IMG/VR virus record: IMGVR_UViG_3300015360_000002
Span: 796-64,795 of that record
Length of the DNA stretch: 64,000 nt
Source of the DNA: a virus
Taxonomy: Duplodnaviria; Caudoviricetes
Reading direction: 5' to 3' (one strand)
Within the stretch, counting starts at the first letter, position 1; each line of letters opens with the position of its first letter. The notes below the pieces were generated by a model. That model was not told the DNA's origin, searched no databases, and saw only the letters and a program-made list of their open reading frames with translations. Shown here piece after piece: positions 27,505 to 37,206 of this stretch. The translations under genes were made by a program, and so were the position numbers.

Positions 27505-28379
27505 TGAAACGCCCAGCTTTCCAGTTTTATCCTGGGGATTGGCTCCACGATGCTGCCCTGCGATCCTGCTCCATCGAGGCCCGCGGGCTCTGGATGGACA
27601 TGATGTGCATCATGCACCAAGCCGAGCCGTATGGCTATTTGATGGTTAACCTCAAGGTTATCAATGAGGATAACCTTGCTCGGTTGGTCGGCGTACCCCG
27701 AAAGAGACTAAAATCTCTACTTTTTGAGCTAGAAAATGCCGGAGTTTTCTCAAAAAATATCGAAAATTCCGCGTTATTTTGTCGAAGAATGGTGCGAGAT
27801 GAAGAGGTCAGAAATCGGCGGGCACAAGGAGGCTCTTTGGGAGGTAATCCGGCTCTTTTGAAGCATAAAAAACATGCTCCGAAGGATAACCCGAAGGATA
27901 ACGATAAGGTTAACCTCGCAACAAAATCCTGTATAACCCCTTCATCTTCATCTTCATCTTCATATTCATACATAAGAGCGTCGGACCAATCCGACGCGGA
28001 TGAAAAGAATGAAGAAAACCCGGCAGAAAACCCGGCAAAAAAACGGCAAACGCATCGCGAACGAAATCCTCTTTTTGATTCTTTGGCAAAAGTAGGAGGC
28101 TCGAATGTTCTTGAACTCACAACTTCCGCAGCCCGAGCGGTGGGCGTTGCTCTGGCGGAGATTCGCAGAGCGACCCCGGACGTCACCACGGAAGAAATTG
28201 CCCGCCGTGCAAACACGTTTCGATCGCGAAATCCGACGTGGAAACTGACGCCGAACTCCCTGGCGCGCCATTGGGCCGAATGTGGATCCACTTTCACCAC
28301 CCCGCAGGAACAGATGGACCTCCCGGACAACGTGAAAGAACTCATTGCAATTCAAAACGCGCACCAATCCCATGCCTGA
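27504..28379 (+). CDS. Replication initiator (lambda-O-analogue, YdaU-like N-terminus)
   Basis: KRPAFQFYPGDWL...ARGLW, RRMVRD, poly-Ser linker, directly upstream of the helicase. Confidence 0.8.
   Translation: MKRPAFQFYPGDWLHDAALRSCSIEARGLWMDMMCIMHQAEPYGYLMVNLKVINEDNLARLVGVPRKRLKSLLFELENAGVFSKNIENSALFCRRMVRDEEVRNRRAQGGSLGGNPALLKHKKHAPKDNPKDNDKVNLATKSCITPSSSSSSSYSYIRASDQSDADEKNEENPAENPAKKRQTHRERNPLFDSLAKVGGSNVLELTTSAARAVGVALAEIRRATPDVTTEEIARRANTFRSRNPTWKLTPNSLARHWAECGSTFTTPQEQMDLPDNVKELIAIQNAHQSHA
27644..27970. repeat. Iteron-like repeats / probable replication origin
   Basis: Several AGG(T/A)TAAC(C) copies at 27644-27677 and 27882-27916, an AT-rich stretch between them, and a (TTCATC)n run. 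Confidence 0.6.
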
Positions 28380-29727
28380 CCTTCCCCACTCCATCGAGGC
28401 CGAGGAATACCTGCTTTCCAGCCTGTTTGTGGCTGGGGCCCAGGGTGTCGCGTCCGCCGTCAATTCCGGCGTCTCGCCTGCCACTTTCTTCGCCGAAACC
28501 AATGCCACAGTGTTCGGCGCGATCATCACCCTCGCAGAGCGTGGCCAGGTCCCGAGCGTCCAAGCAGTTATCCACGAGTTGAATTTCTCAAAAACTCTGA
28601 CGCAGGCCGGGGGGATGCCGGACGTCCTGCGCATCGTCGGATTGGTGCCAACCTCAGTAAATCTATCGCTCTACATCCAGCGCGTCAGGGAGTTGCAGCT
28701 TCTCCGCACGATCGCTCGCACCACTCGGGCACTCCACGAGGAGGCGTTCAGCCAAGAGGCCAATGTGCCTGAATTCGCCGAGCGAGTCGAGCGGACCATC
28801 CTCGGACTGTCTCAGGATCGCGTAAAACCTGCCCGGACGTGGGAACAGGCTGTTGCCGAGACTTCCACCGAGTTCGAGGCAATGCTCCTTGCGAAGCCGG
28901 GCGCCGTTCTGGCCGGCGAAATCTCGTGGGGATTCCCCGACATGGACCGATTCTTCGGGCCAATGGCGCCCGGCCAGCTCGTCATCCTCGCAGCACGCCC
29001 TAGCGTTGGAAAATCGAGCCTCATGCGCCAAACCGCTACCGAGGTATTAAAAACCGGAAAGATCGTCTCCATCGCAAGCCTAGAGGTCAAGGACAGGGCA
29101 ATAGCACGGAACATCGCTCAGGCTTTGAGCGGCATCAGTTATCGCGCGCTTCGCGTTGGGGCCCATCCGGCAGAAGCCGAGGACTTCCGCCGTGCGTTGG
29201 AAAAAGTGAAGTATCTCCCTCTCATCGTCACCGACGATTTTTCGGCAACAGTTTCGCAAATATGCGCACAAGCCCGCCTTGCGAAGGCAAAACGAAACCT
29301 TGGACTCGTGTGCGTCGATCACCTCCACGAGCTCGCCGAATGCAAGAACCCACCGAAGGGCACCAATACAGCCCAAATGTACGGACGCGCGGTCAAAGCG
29401 TTCAAGGAATTGGCCGGTGAACTCGAAGTCCCCGTCCTCGTGCTCGCTCAACTCAACCGCGGATCAGAATCAGATAAACGCGTCCCCACCCTCTCCGACC
29501 TCCGTGACTCCGGGAACATCGAAGAAGGAGCGGATAAGGTAGTTTTGCTACACCGTCCGCTCGAAAACCCGCTGAACAACATGCAGCAGTCCGAGACGAG
29601 CAATCCGAAGGATCACCCAACGTTTTACACCCAGGCAATCCAAGCCAAGGGCCGCGATGATGGCACGAATTCGATGGGTATCATCTTCCAACGCGCCACA
29701 GCGCGATTCGTTCCACTCACCCGATGA
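28372..29727 (+). CDS. dnaB: Replicative DNA helicase
   Basis: PHSIEAE, AARPSVGKS, SLE, VDHL, LAQLNR, PTLSDLRDSGNIEEGAD. Confidence 0.92.
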   Translation: MPDLPHSIEAEEYLLSSLFVAGAQGVASAVNSGVSPATFFAETNATVFGAIITLAERGQVPSVQAVIHELNFSKTLTQAGGMPDVLRIVGLVPTSVNLSLYIQRVRELQLLRTIARTTRALHEEAFSQEANVPEFAERVERTILGLSQDRVKPARTWEQAVAETSTEFEAMLLAKPGAVLAGEISWGFPDMDRFFGPMAPGQLVILAARPSVGKSSLMRQTATEVLKTGKIVSIASLEVKDRAIARNIAQALSGISYRALRVGAHPAEAEDFRRALEKVKYLPLIVTDDFSATVSQICAQARLAKAKRNLGLVCVDHLHELAECKNPPKGTNTAQMYGRAVKAFKELAGELEVPVLVLAQLNRGSESDKRVPTLSDLRDSGNIEEGADKVVLLHRPLENPLNNMQQSETSNPKDHPTFYTQAIQAKGRDDGTNSMGIIFQRATARFVPLTR

Positions 29728-30116
29728 CCACCACAGGCACAATCCTCCGCGCCAGCGTACGCAATGATGGCACCATCGAACTCAGGGACCAAGAAAACCG
29801 GCTCCACAACGACAACGACCTGCCGGCTTGTGTCGCTCTGGACGGTTCTCAAGCGTGGTTCCGTTATGGCCAAGGACACCGGGACACCGGACCTGCGTTC
29901 ATCCACGCCAACGGGTCTGCCGTGTTCTTCCTCAACGGATCTTTCGTCATGCAGGATGATTCCGGCTTCAGCCTCCTCAACCCACCCAAGCCGGTCGTGT
30001 TGATCGAGACCTTGCGCAGCCTGTACAATGTCGCACCGACCAAGGAAGTCGAAGACGCGATCCTCGCGATTGCCGAAAAGCACGGGCATCCCACCCACAC
30101 AGTTTGCTTCTCATGA
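29724..30116 (+). CDS. Hypothetical protein with HR.GPA-type repeats
   Basis: LHNDNDLPA / WFRYGQGHRDTGPA (DUF2963-like). Confidence 0.55.
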   Translation: MTTTGTILRASVRNDGTIELRDQENRLHNDNDLPACVALDGSQAWFRYGQGHRDTGPAFIHANGSAVFFLNGSFVMQDDSGFSLLNPPKPVVLIETLRSLYNVAPTKEVEDAILAIAEKHGHPTHTVCFS

Positions 30117-30994
30117 CGTATTATAACGACCACGACGCAAAAACCTGCGCCTGGCTGCGAGAGCTCATCGCCTGCGATCTCATACCGGCCGGCGAAGTTG
30201 ATTCACGCTCGATCACCGATGTCCACCCAACTATACTTGCAGAGCCTCATCAATGCCATTTCTTCGCCGGCATTGGTGGCTGGCCGCTCGCGCTCCGCCT
30301 CGCAGGATGGCCCGATGACCAGCCTGTCTGGACTGGCTCCTGTCCGTGCCAGCCTTTCTCAGTCGCCGGAAAACACACAGGCGAAAACGACTCGCGGCAC
30401 CTTTGGCCTGAATTCCTCAGACTCATCACCGAGCGACTCCCTTCAACGATCTTTGGAGAACAGGTTACGGGCGCGTCTGGACGTCAGTGGCTCTCTGGAG
30501 TACGTGCTGACTTGGAAACGCTGGGATATGCAGTCGCTGCCGCCGATTTGTGCGCTTCGAGCGCGGGCGCACCTCACATCAGGCAAAGATTATACTGGGT
30601 GGCCAGCGCCGACGGTCGGAAACGCGACAGGCAGTCAATCGGCGAAGGGCGCGAGCCCAACGGGACGAAGGGAGGACGGTTCAAAGGCGACCGTGAGCTT
30701 GAGCGCGGTAGCGAGGTTGGCGGGTTGGGCGACCCCAACTGTGCAGGACTCGAAGAACAACGCTGGTCCCTCTCAGTTTCGCCGGAACAGCCTCCCCCTC
30801 AATTGCGAGGCAACTCTTGGAGTCACTTCGATCTCCTCCCTTGCACAGACGGCAAAACGAGGCGGATTGAACCCGGCTCATTCCCGCTGGCTCATGGGAT
30901 TCCCGCCCGCTTGGTGCGACTGCGCGGTTACGGCAATGCAATCGTTCCCCAAGTCGCCGCTCAGTTCATCAAAGCGTTCATCGAAACCCGCTGA
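30113..30994 (+). CDS. C5-cytosine DNA methyltransferase, alpha chain
   Basis: Motif I FFAGIGG, IV SCPCQPFS, VI GEQV, VIII HIRQRLYW, X GNAIVPQVA. Motif IX absent. Confidence 0.9.
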   Translation: MTYYNDHDAKTCAWLRELIACDLIPAGEVDSRSITDVHPTILAEPHQCHFFAGIGGWPLALRLAGWPDDQPVWTGSCPCQPFSVAGKHTGENDSRHLWPEFLRLITERLPSTIFGEQVTGASGRQWLSGVRADLETLGYAVAAADLCASSAGAPHIRQRLYWVASADGRKRDRQSIGEGREPNGTKGGRFKGDRELERGSEVGGLGDPNCAGLEEQRWSLSVSPEQPPPQLRGNSWSHFDLLPCTDGKTRRIEPGSFPLAHGIPARLVRLRGYGNAIVPQVAAQFIKAFIETR

Positions 30995-31022
30995 CTTTGC
31001 TCCCGCAAAAACAACACCATGA
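30219..31022 (+). CDS. C5 methyltransferase beta chain, overprinted in the +1 frame
   Basis: Carries WPAPT / WATPT TRD-like segments and motif IX LNPAHSRWLMGFP. Same layout as M.EcoHK31I. Confidence 0.75.
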   Translation: MSTQLYLQSLINAISSPALVAGRSRSASQDGPMTSLSGLAPVRASLSQSPENTQAKTTRGTFGLNSSDSSPSDSLQRSLENRLRARLDVSGSLEYVLTWKRWDMQSLPPICALRARAHLTSGKDYTGWPAPTVGNATGSQSAKGASPTGRREDGSKATVSLSAVARLAGWATPTVQDSKNNAGPSQFRRNSLPLNCEATLGVTSISSLAQTAKRGGLNPAHSRWLMGFPPAWCDCAVTAMQSFPKSPLSSSKRSSKPADFAPAKTTP

Positions 31023-31462
31023 AATCCAAAATAATCCAACGGGGCCTTGTGTCCCTCCTGCTTGTATTTTTCGTCGCCCTCAGCAAGGCCGCCGATCTCA
31101 CCCTCACATGGAAGGACAACTCTGCCAACGAGGACGGTTTTGTCATCCAGCGATCCCCCGGGATCGGCGCCCCAGTTTTCGCCGAAGTCGCCAGAGTAGC
31201 CAAAGACGTCACGTCATGGACTGACACAGGGCTCGCGAACGCTACTTCGTTCTCCTACCGCGTTGCCGCGTTCAATCCTGGTGGCACTTCAGCCTTCACG
31301 AACACTGCAACCGGCACCACCGTCGTCGCACCTCCCAATGCTCCTTCTGATGCCACCGTCGTCACCGTCACCGTAACCGTCTCGATCCAGCAATCCAAGA
31401 CGGGCGCAACCATCGCCTCAGCATCGCCCGTCATTCTCCATCGCGCCGCCGCTCCACTGTAA
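31019..31462 (+). CDS. Secreted fibronectin type III protein
   Basis: Signal peptide ...VALSKA|A. LTWKDNSANEDGF.IQR, WTDTGL, YRV.AFN.GG.S. Confidence 0.85.
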   Translation: MKSKIIQRGLVSLLLVFFVALSKAADLTLTWKDNSANEDGFVIQRSPGIGAPVFAEVARVAKDVTSWTDTGLANATSFSYRVAAFNPGGTSAFTNTATGTTVVAPPNAPSDATVVTVTVTVSIQQSKTGATIASASPVILHRAAAPL

Positions 31463-31501
31463 AACCAAAGCCTGATTCACGGCATCTCCTCCCCAAAACG
31501 C

Positions 31502-31533
31502 AAAAAACCCGCCCTTTTAGAGGGCGGGTTTCT
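31502..31533. terminator. Bidirectional intrinsic terminator
   Basis: AAAAAACCCGCCCT-TTTAG-AGGGCGGGTTTCT between convergent gene blocks. Confidence 0.85.
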
Positions 31534-31602
31534 GTGACAAAAACTAAGACAGTTCAGAAAATGCCTTTCGGCGAAGGCAACCTACCCCGACTCCCGAGTG
31601 TG

Positions 31603-34429
31603 TCAAGCGTCCTGACATCGAAATCGGCTTTCGATCTCCTCCCCCATACTTCGCCCCGATGAGGTCGCCGCCGCCTCGATCGCCCGAATCCCGGCCGGCG
31701 ACAGCCAGAACGTCCTCTGCGCCTTCGCCGCCTCGCCCAAGCTATTCCGCCCAGCCCCCGGCGCCCGCTTACGCAGCTCCAGCCCCAGCGCGCGCGCATC
31801 CCTTTTGTGCGGATGAGAGCCAACGAGCCACACCGGAGCGATCAGCGATAACTGACCCGCGACGCTGCAGAAGTGATCCAAGGCATCTTTCGCGCCTCCC
31901 ATCGTCGCGTACGTCCCCAACGACCGCGACCGTCCCCCCACCGAGTAGTCACACTCGTAGATTGCTCCTAACTCATTTACGCCCGTCAGCTTCAGCCTCA
32001 GCCCGGGACTCATGGTGCAACCTCCCGAACGCTTGACGTATTCCCTACATGGTCACGCTTCAACGCCTTCAACTCTGCCACCGCCAAGCCAAGCTCATCC
32101 ACTGCCGCTTGCCACGCGCACGCCGCCCTAAGAATCCCCTGCGGATCATTTTGATCTATTCCTAAAGCGTGCCGCACGCGCACGTTGGCATACTCCCTCT
32201 TGGCGTGCGCCCACGCGCTTTTCGCCTCCGACTTCCTACGCACCGCTTGCGCGTAGGAAGCCCATTGTGAATCGCTCATTAATTTCATAATCACGTCTCA
32301 GTTTCGAGCGTTCCGCACGCCCAGTTATCATCGCTGACTCCCCAGTCAGCGCCCGCATCAGCATCGTCAAAAAATGCACAATGCGCTTCATCGAGCCAGA
32401 AGCCTTGGCTCCTTGCCAGCGTCCACGCATCATGCCACACCCCGGCTTGATCCCCGCACAAAGGCGACCTCGGCTCCTCTCCAAACACATCAACCCAAGC
32501 GTCTCCCATCGTCTCGCTTGCGTCGCAAAATCCATGAGAGTGGCAGATGGCCGCATTCGGCTCCTTTCTGTTTGCTTCCACCACATCGGCCAGTGCCTCC
32601 CGGCCGATGTCGAATAGTAATCGCTGAGCAAACGCGCGCGCCAACCGTTTCATCGTGCTCATTTGGCTAAACGGGCGTTGATCGCGGCAATTTCCGCGCG
32701 CAGTCCAGACTCAATGTCGGCGACCTCAGCCCCCCATAGTCGCCGATCGTTCAGCATCGCAACAAGGGACGCATAACCTGCCTCCAAGGCGAGGTCTACG
32801 AGAGGAGAGTCAAGCACATCACTGACTGGTAAATCATATATTTTCATTGTTTTTGGGTTTTTTGTTTTTTGAACGGGTTACCGAACCGCTGGCGGAATTC
32901 CGCAAGCTGGAACGTCTGGGCAACGCGGAAGGAGGCGAGGCGGGATCCGCCGTAGCGTGAGACTTCGAGGCGGGCTCCGCCATAGCGAGCGGCTGCGAGT
33001 GCGGAGTACAGGACACCGGCACCAGCGCTGTGGTTGGCGATCGCCCGGACTGCTTCAGCCGCACCCTCGACGGCCCATGGAAAGGAATAGACGGCGTCGA
33101 TGTGGGCGGAAATGGCGGCTTCTTCGGCGGCGCTGTGCTCTTCTGAAGTCGCCGCGCCCACCGCAAAACGCTCAGTGACCTCCACTGCCGTTCGGCTCTC
33201 AGTGCTCAGCAAATCCCAGACCTTCCTCCCGTCCGCAAGCGGGGTCTGCCTGATGCACCAGCACCCGTACAGCCTCAGGCTTCCCCGATCGGCCGGCACG
33301 ACATACTCGTGTGTCCAGACCAACCAATCCACGCGATCGCATGCGTTCCACGCCCCGTGAAGCGTCGAAAACATGGACGCGAACTCGCTCGCTTCCGAGC
33401 ACACATCATACAGGTCAAGGAATTCGCGAATACTCATGGAATCGTACGTTTTCATCGTGCTTTTGTTGAGTTTTTTGTCGGGCGGGCCCCTGCGCTCAGC
33501 GGGTGTGCAGCCGCAATGCATCCTTCATCGCGGATGGCCGCAGGGACTTCACCGTGACCATTGTCAGGGTGTCTCTGACCAACTCGTTGGTCCCCGTGCG
33601 ATAATAGGACCCGTCAAATTGCGCGATGTACTCACGGCACGCTGTCAGCGTACCGACCATCGCCAGATCCACGCTGTCGGCCGTAGGTCCGTAGAAAAAC
33701 CGCCTGCGTCGGACAGCGTGAGTTGGCAGTTTTTTGATGTTTTTCATGATGATTATTTTTTGTTTGGGTTGAGGGTTGAGTGAGGTGATTCTTTTTTAAG
33801 CGCGCGACCTGAAGCGGAGGTCGCTTGGTTTGGTGCCGGCGATGATGAAATAGCGCCCGCAGGCGCTGATCCCCATCAGGCTATCTAGATTGATCCCCTG
33901 TGCTGATGCCTCTGCGCGGATGGCATCGGCCTCGGCTGCGGCCATATTCCCGAGCGACAGCCCGGGGAACGTCGGGACAACCAGTGCTGCGTTTTCCACT
34001 TCATCCATGAGCCAGTTGGTTTTCATGGTTGGTGCCTCACTCCACCACCTGAACCCACGCCGATGCGAACGCGGTGTTGTTGCTGACCGCATTCTCCACC
34101 GCCTCCTGAGCCACCCGCCCGAGCCCTCCGCCCTCAACGCCCGACCGAGTTTCCAACCAATCGATCGCCTCCGCCGCCGTCTCGCACGAGCACGCCGTGC
34201 TCCTGTCGTACTCATTCGCCCAAGCAGTCAGATGTTCCTCCAAAACCACGAACCGCCCGCCCTTGGTGCGGTAAATCCATACCTTGGTGCACCGATTTGC
34301 TCGGTTCCCGTGTTGGATGCAGTTGTCCGCACGGCCAATCAATTCGCCCGTGAACCTGATGGGCGGAAGCCCGTCTCGTTTGATGCTGATGGGCGGTAGC
34401 GTGTCTCGTTTGATGCTGATCTTATCCAT
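31603..34429 (-). CDS. Reverse-strand cluster of small accessory genes (31603-32013, 32010-32294, 32291-32662, 32659-32847, 32844-33455, 33496-33747, 33796-34026, 34037-34429)
   Basis: Mostly coupled short ORFs with A-rich leaders. Functions not recognised. Confidence 0.6.
34356..34420 (-). repeat. 30-bp in-frame tandem duplication
   Basis: Encodes ISIKRDTLPP-ISIKRDGLPP. Confidence 0.9.
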
Positions 34430-34518
34430 GTTTTTTGTTGCCCCCTTTTGACTCCCGGTAGGCGGTGGGAAAGCAGACGGGCCGGTCTGCCAGCGGTTCC
34501 TAAAATTGATTGAACGCT

Positions 34519-35241
34519 CTACATGCCGGACCTCTGGAAAGACCAAAAGCCTACCCCCAACGGATCGCATTCCCTCCGCCCCATTATGAGGTGGTCTATC
34601 ACCGTAATATCCACCGTTGCCCCCGCCTCCCGCAGAGTGCGTGTGATCCGGATATCTTGGGCGCTGGGACTCGGGTCTCCGCTGGGATGATTGTGCACAC
34701 AGATAATGCCCGATGCCGACTCCATGATCGCCGTTCGGAACACCTCCCGGGGATGCACCAGCGTGCTTGAGGCGATTCCTGATGAGACCTCCACCCGCTT
34801 GATAAGGCGTCCTTTGCGATTGAGGCAGAGAACCCAGAACTTCTCCACCTCCAACCCCGCGCACACGGGCGACATGTGATTTGCTACTTCATCTGGCACG
34901 TCCAGAATTGGCACCACTCCCGGCACCCCTGCCGTCATCCTGCGGCCAATCTCCATCGCCGCCACCAGCCTCTCCGCGAACCCCCTCGGGATTCCCGTCC
35001 GTGCCATCCGCGCGAGATCCCACCCCGCCAGTGCTGGCAGGTTTCCCGCAGCCGCCACAAGCTCCCGCGCCTTGTCCACCGCCTTTAGCCGGTCACCCCC
35101 ACACAATGCCGCCACAAGCTCCCCGTCTGAGAGAGCCTGCGCTCCATATTTGGCCATCCTCGCCTCCGGCCCTTCGTGGAGAGCCATCCCGCTCTCATCC
35201 CTCACAATCCACCGACCATTTTTCGTTTTCATCTCCCGCAC
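34519..35241 (-). CDS. radC: RadC-family JAB/MPN protein
   Basis: GAQALSDGEL, E.FWVL.LN, VHPREVF, HNHPSGDPSPSAQD, DHLI. Confidence 0.92.
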   Translation of the reverse strand: MREMKTKNGRWIVRDESGMALHEGPEARMAKYGAQALSDGELVAALCGGDRLKAVDKARELVAAAGNLPALAGWDLARMARTGIPRGFAERLVAAMEIGRRMTAGVPGVVPILDVPDEVANHMSPVCAGLEVEKFWVLCLNRKGRLIKRVEVSSGIASSTLVHPREVFRTAIMESASGIICVHNHPSGDPSPSAQDIRITRTLREAGATVDITVIDHLIMGRRECDPLGVGFWSFQRSGM

Positions 35242-35630
35242 TTACCCACAAAACCTTAATAACCGCACGCTTAAAATTAGCACCACTCGCATCCTCCTCT
35301 ACCTCAGTCACTTCCGCTTATCATAGTTCACGCGTCGCTCAATTCCCTTTCCGAATTTCAGAGGGTGTAACCTCCCCTTCGGGTAAAACGAGGCGATCTA
35401 CTCCCATCGAACCACCACGGTTCACCTCTCAGCATCCCCAGCTTCTTTTCTTCGTGAAGCCATATCTCTTTGCCTGCTCTATGTCTTTCGGAGTCGGAGG
35501 GCTTTTACACTTCCGTCAAGCTCTTTCTCGCTTTTGAGCCAACAAGTCTCTTCTGCGTACCTCTCCTCGCTTTCCAGACTCCTTTTGCTTTTGCGTTGTC
35601 TTCGCCCACCGGCTTACCTCAATCATTCCC

Positions 35631-36092
35631 ATGTCACCGCGCCTATCCAGCCCGCGTTCGTCCGATCAAGGACCATCGAGGGGTCGGGGCATGGCTATCG
35701 AACAAGCGATTTCGTTTTCCGCTGACGAGGTCGCAAGAGCCAAGGCCAAGTTGCTCGACCTGATGGATGCCAATGTCGTCGTCAGGGGCACTGAGCGTAA
35801 TGCTGAAGGTCGATGCGTTTACATTGAGGTCGCCAACCAGCCCATCCAGCTCGCGGCCGCGATCAAGGTGGTCGAGTGGGGGATTGGCAAACCGTCACAA
35901 ATGGTCGTGGTCGATCAAACGGAGAGTTATCGACCGGCACGAGCGGATCTCGGAAAGATGCTCGTCGCGAATCCCTCCTTGATTGAGACCGTACTGCGCA
36001 CGATCAAGGAGGCGGCTGAACAGTCGCAAGCGATTCCCGTGCAGAGCGTTGTGTCAGATCGGGCCGAAGCGGCACAAGAGTCAATATCTTGA
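35631..36092 (+). CDS. Putative terminase small subunit
   Basis: QLAAAIKVVEWGIGKP resembles the AA..L.dRg.GKP motif of small terminases. Followed by a C-run/G-run site. Alternative ATG at 35691. Confidence 0.45.
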   Translation: MSPRLSSPRSSDQGPSRGRGMAIEQAISFSADEVARAKAKLLDLMDANVVVRGTERNAEGRCVYIEVANQPIQLAAAIKVVEWGIGKPSQMVVVDQTESYRPARADLGKMLVANPSLIETVLRTIKEAAEQSQAIPVQSVVSDRAEAAQESIS

Positions 36093-36114
36093 GGCTTACC
36101 TAGCTAAGTCTCCA

Positions 36115-36135
36115 AACTGTGCAAGGACTGCGCAA
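36115..36135 (+). promoter_or_regulatory. Isolated copy of the integrase arm-type tandem motif
   Basis: AACTGTGCAAGGACTGCGCAA: 18/21 to 17332-17352 and 17/21 to 17100-17120. Confidence 0.65.
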
Positions 36136-36390
36136 TCTCCATCCCCCTTCCCCTTCCTCTCTCTTCCCCATGGTCATCCTCTCCTCTCCTCCCGTCTTGT
36201 CGCCGCGCCGATCGTCGGCTCGCTGCCTTGTCGCCGCGTCACCTACCCCCCCACACCCCTTTTTCGTGTCCCCGTATCGGCGCAGCCAGGCGCGCGGTAC
36301 TGGGGGGTCCCCTGCCTCTTTGGTATTGGGAGGGGGGAAAGGAGAGAAAAAAATGGGAGAATTTTTTTGGAAGTGAAAAAGGAGAGTTAA
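36136..36390. other. Candidate packaging / genome-end site at a sharp C-rich to G-rich switch
   Basis: Pyrimidine tracts, ACCCCCCC (36245) ... GGGGGGT (36302), then purine tracts. Confidence 0.5.
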
Positions 36391-36392
36391 AA

Positions 36393-36821
36393 ATGGCGAC
36401 ATTGAACAAGGTTTTTTTGATTGGGAGAGTGGGAAGGGACCCTGAGATGAGGGAGGTGGGGAAAGGAGGGGTTGTGTGTAATTTTTCGATGGCGGTGATG
36501 AAGGAGGTGGAGGTGGAGGAGGGAGTTAGAAGAGAGGTGACGACGTGGGTGGATTTGGAGGCGTGGGGGAAGACAGGGGAGTTGTGTGGGAGGTATTTGA
36601 GGAAGGGGGGAGGGTGTCACGTGGAGGGGAGGTTGAAGGTGGAGGAGTGGGTGGACAAAGTGAGTGGAGGGAAGAGGAGTCGGATGAAAGTGGTGGTGGA
36701 GCGTGTGCAATTTTTGGATAGGAGGGAGGGAGTGGAAGAGGTGAAGGAGGTTAAGGAAGTGAAGGAGGTTAAGGTGAAGAGGGAGGAGAAGGTATTTCCT
36801 GACGAGGACGCGCCATTTTGA
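36393..36821 (+). CDS. ssb: Single-stranded DNA-binding protein
   Basis: LNKVFLIGR.GRDPE, YLRKG...VEGRL, acidic DEDAPF tail. Confidence 0.92.
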   Translation: MATLNKVFLIGRVGRDPEMREVGKGGVVCNFSMAVMKEVEVEEGVRREVTTWVDLEAWGKTGELCGRYLRKGGGCHVEGRLKVEEWVDKVSGGKRSRMKVVVERVQFLDRREGVEEVKEVKEVKEVKVKREEKVFPDEDAPF

Positions 36822-36829
36822 GGGGGAGA

Positions 36830-36873
36830 GAAACTGAGAAACTGAAACTGAAACTGAAACTGAAACAACTGAA
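36830..36873 (+). repeat. (GAAACT)n intergenic microsatellite
   Basis: About 6-7 imperfect copies between ssb and the next gene. Confidence 0.85.
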
Positions 36874-36878
36874 GGAAT

Positions 36879-37205
36879 GTGATGAAAACTATTATGGAAG
36901 TGATGAAGTCGGAGGAGGCGAAAGAGATGGCAGAAAATCAGATGGGGGACGCGGTGAAGGGTGTGATGGAGCGAGTGTTGAAATGGCGAGATGAGCTTCT
37001 GGAGGGAGGGATGGAGGAGGGAGATGTGGTGAAATCAGTGATAGCGACGGGGTATGTGCTGGGGGTGATGGACGCGGCGAAGAGCGCAACTCAGATTGGG
37101 AAAATGAGTGGAGAAGTTCCGCTGAAGGAGTGGGGAGATTTTACGAGGGAGGTGGTAAGAAATCTCCAGAGCAGGAGGAGTGGGAGGGTAGCAGGGAGGA
37201 ACTGA
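36879..37205 (+). CDS. Hypothetical protein
   Basis: ORF in the purine-rich block. Confidence 0.55.
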   Translation: MMKTIMEVMKSEEAKEMAENQMGDAVKGVMERVLKWRDELLEGGMEEGDVVKSVIATGYVLGVMDAAKSATQIGKMSGEVPLKEWGDFTREVVRNLQSRRSGRVAGRN

Positions 37206-37206
37206 A

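Noticed and set aside
35250-35620. Possible ncRNA upstream of radC
   Set aside because: Only short hairpins and a GGTTCGA-like word on the minus strand. No recognisable family fold.
36240-36330. Skew switch as the replication origin
   Set aside because: Polarity fits a bidirectional origin, but iterons and an AT-rich tract lie in the initiator gene at 27.6-28.0 kb. Not excluded, but disfavoured.
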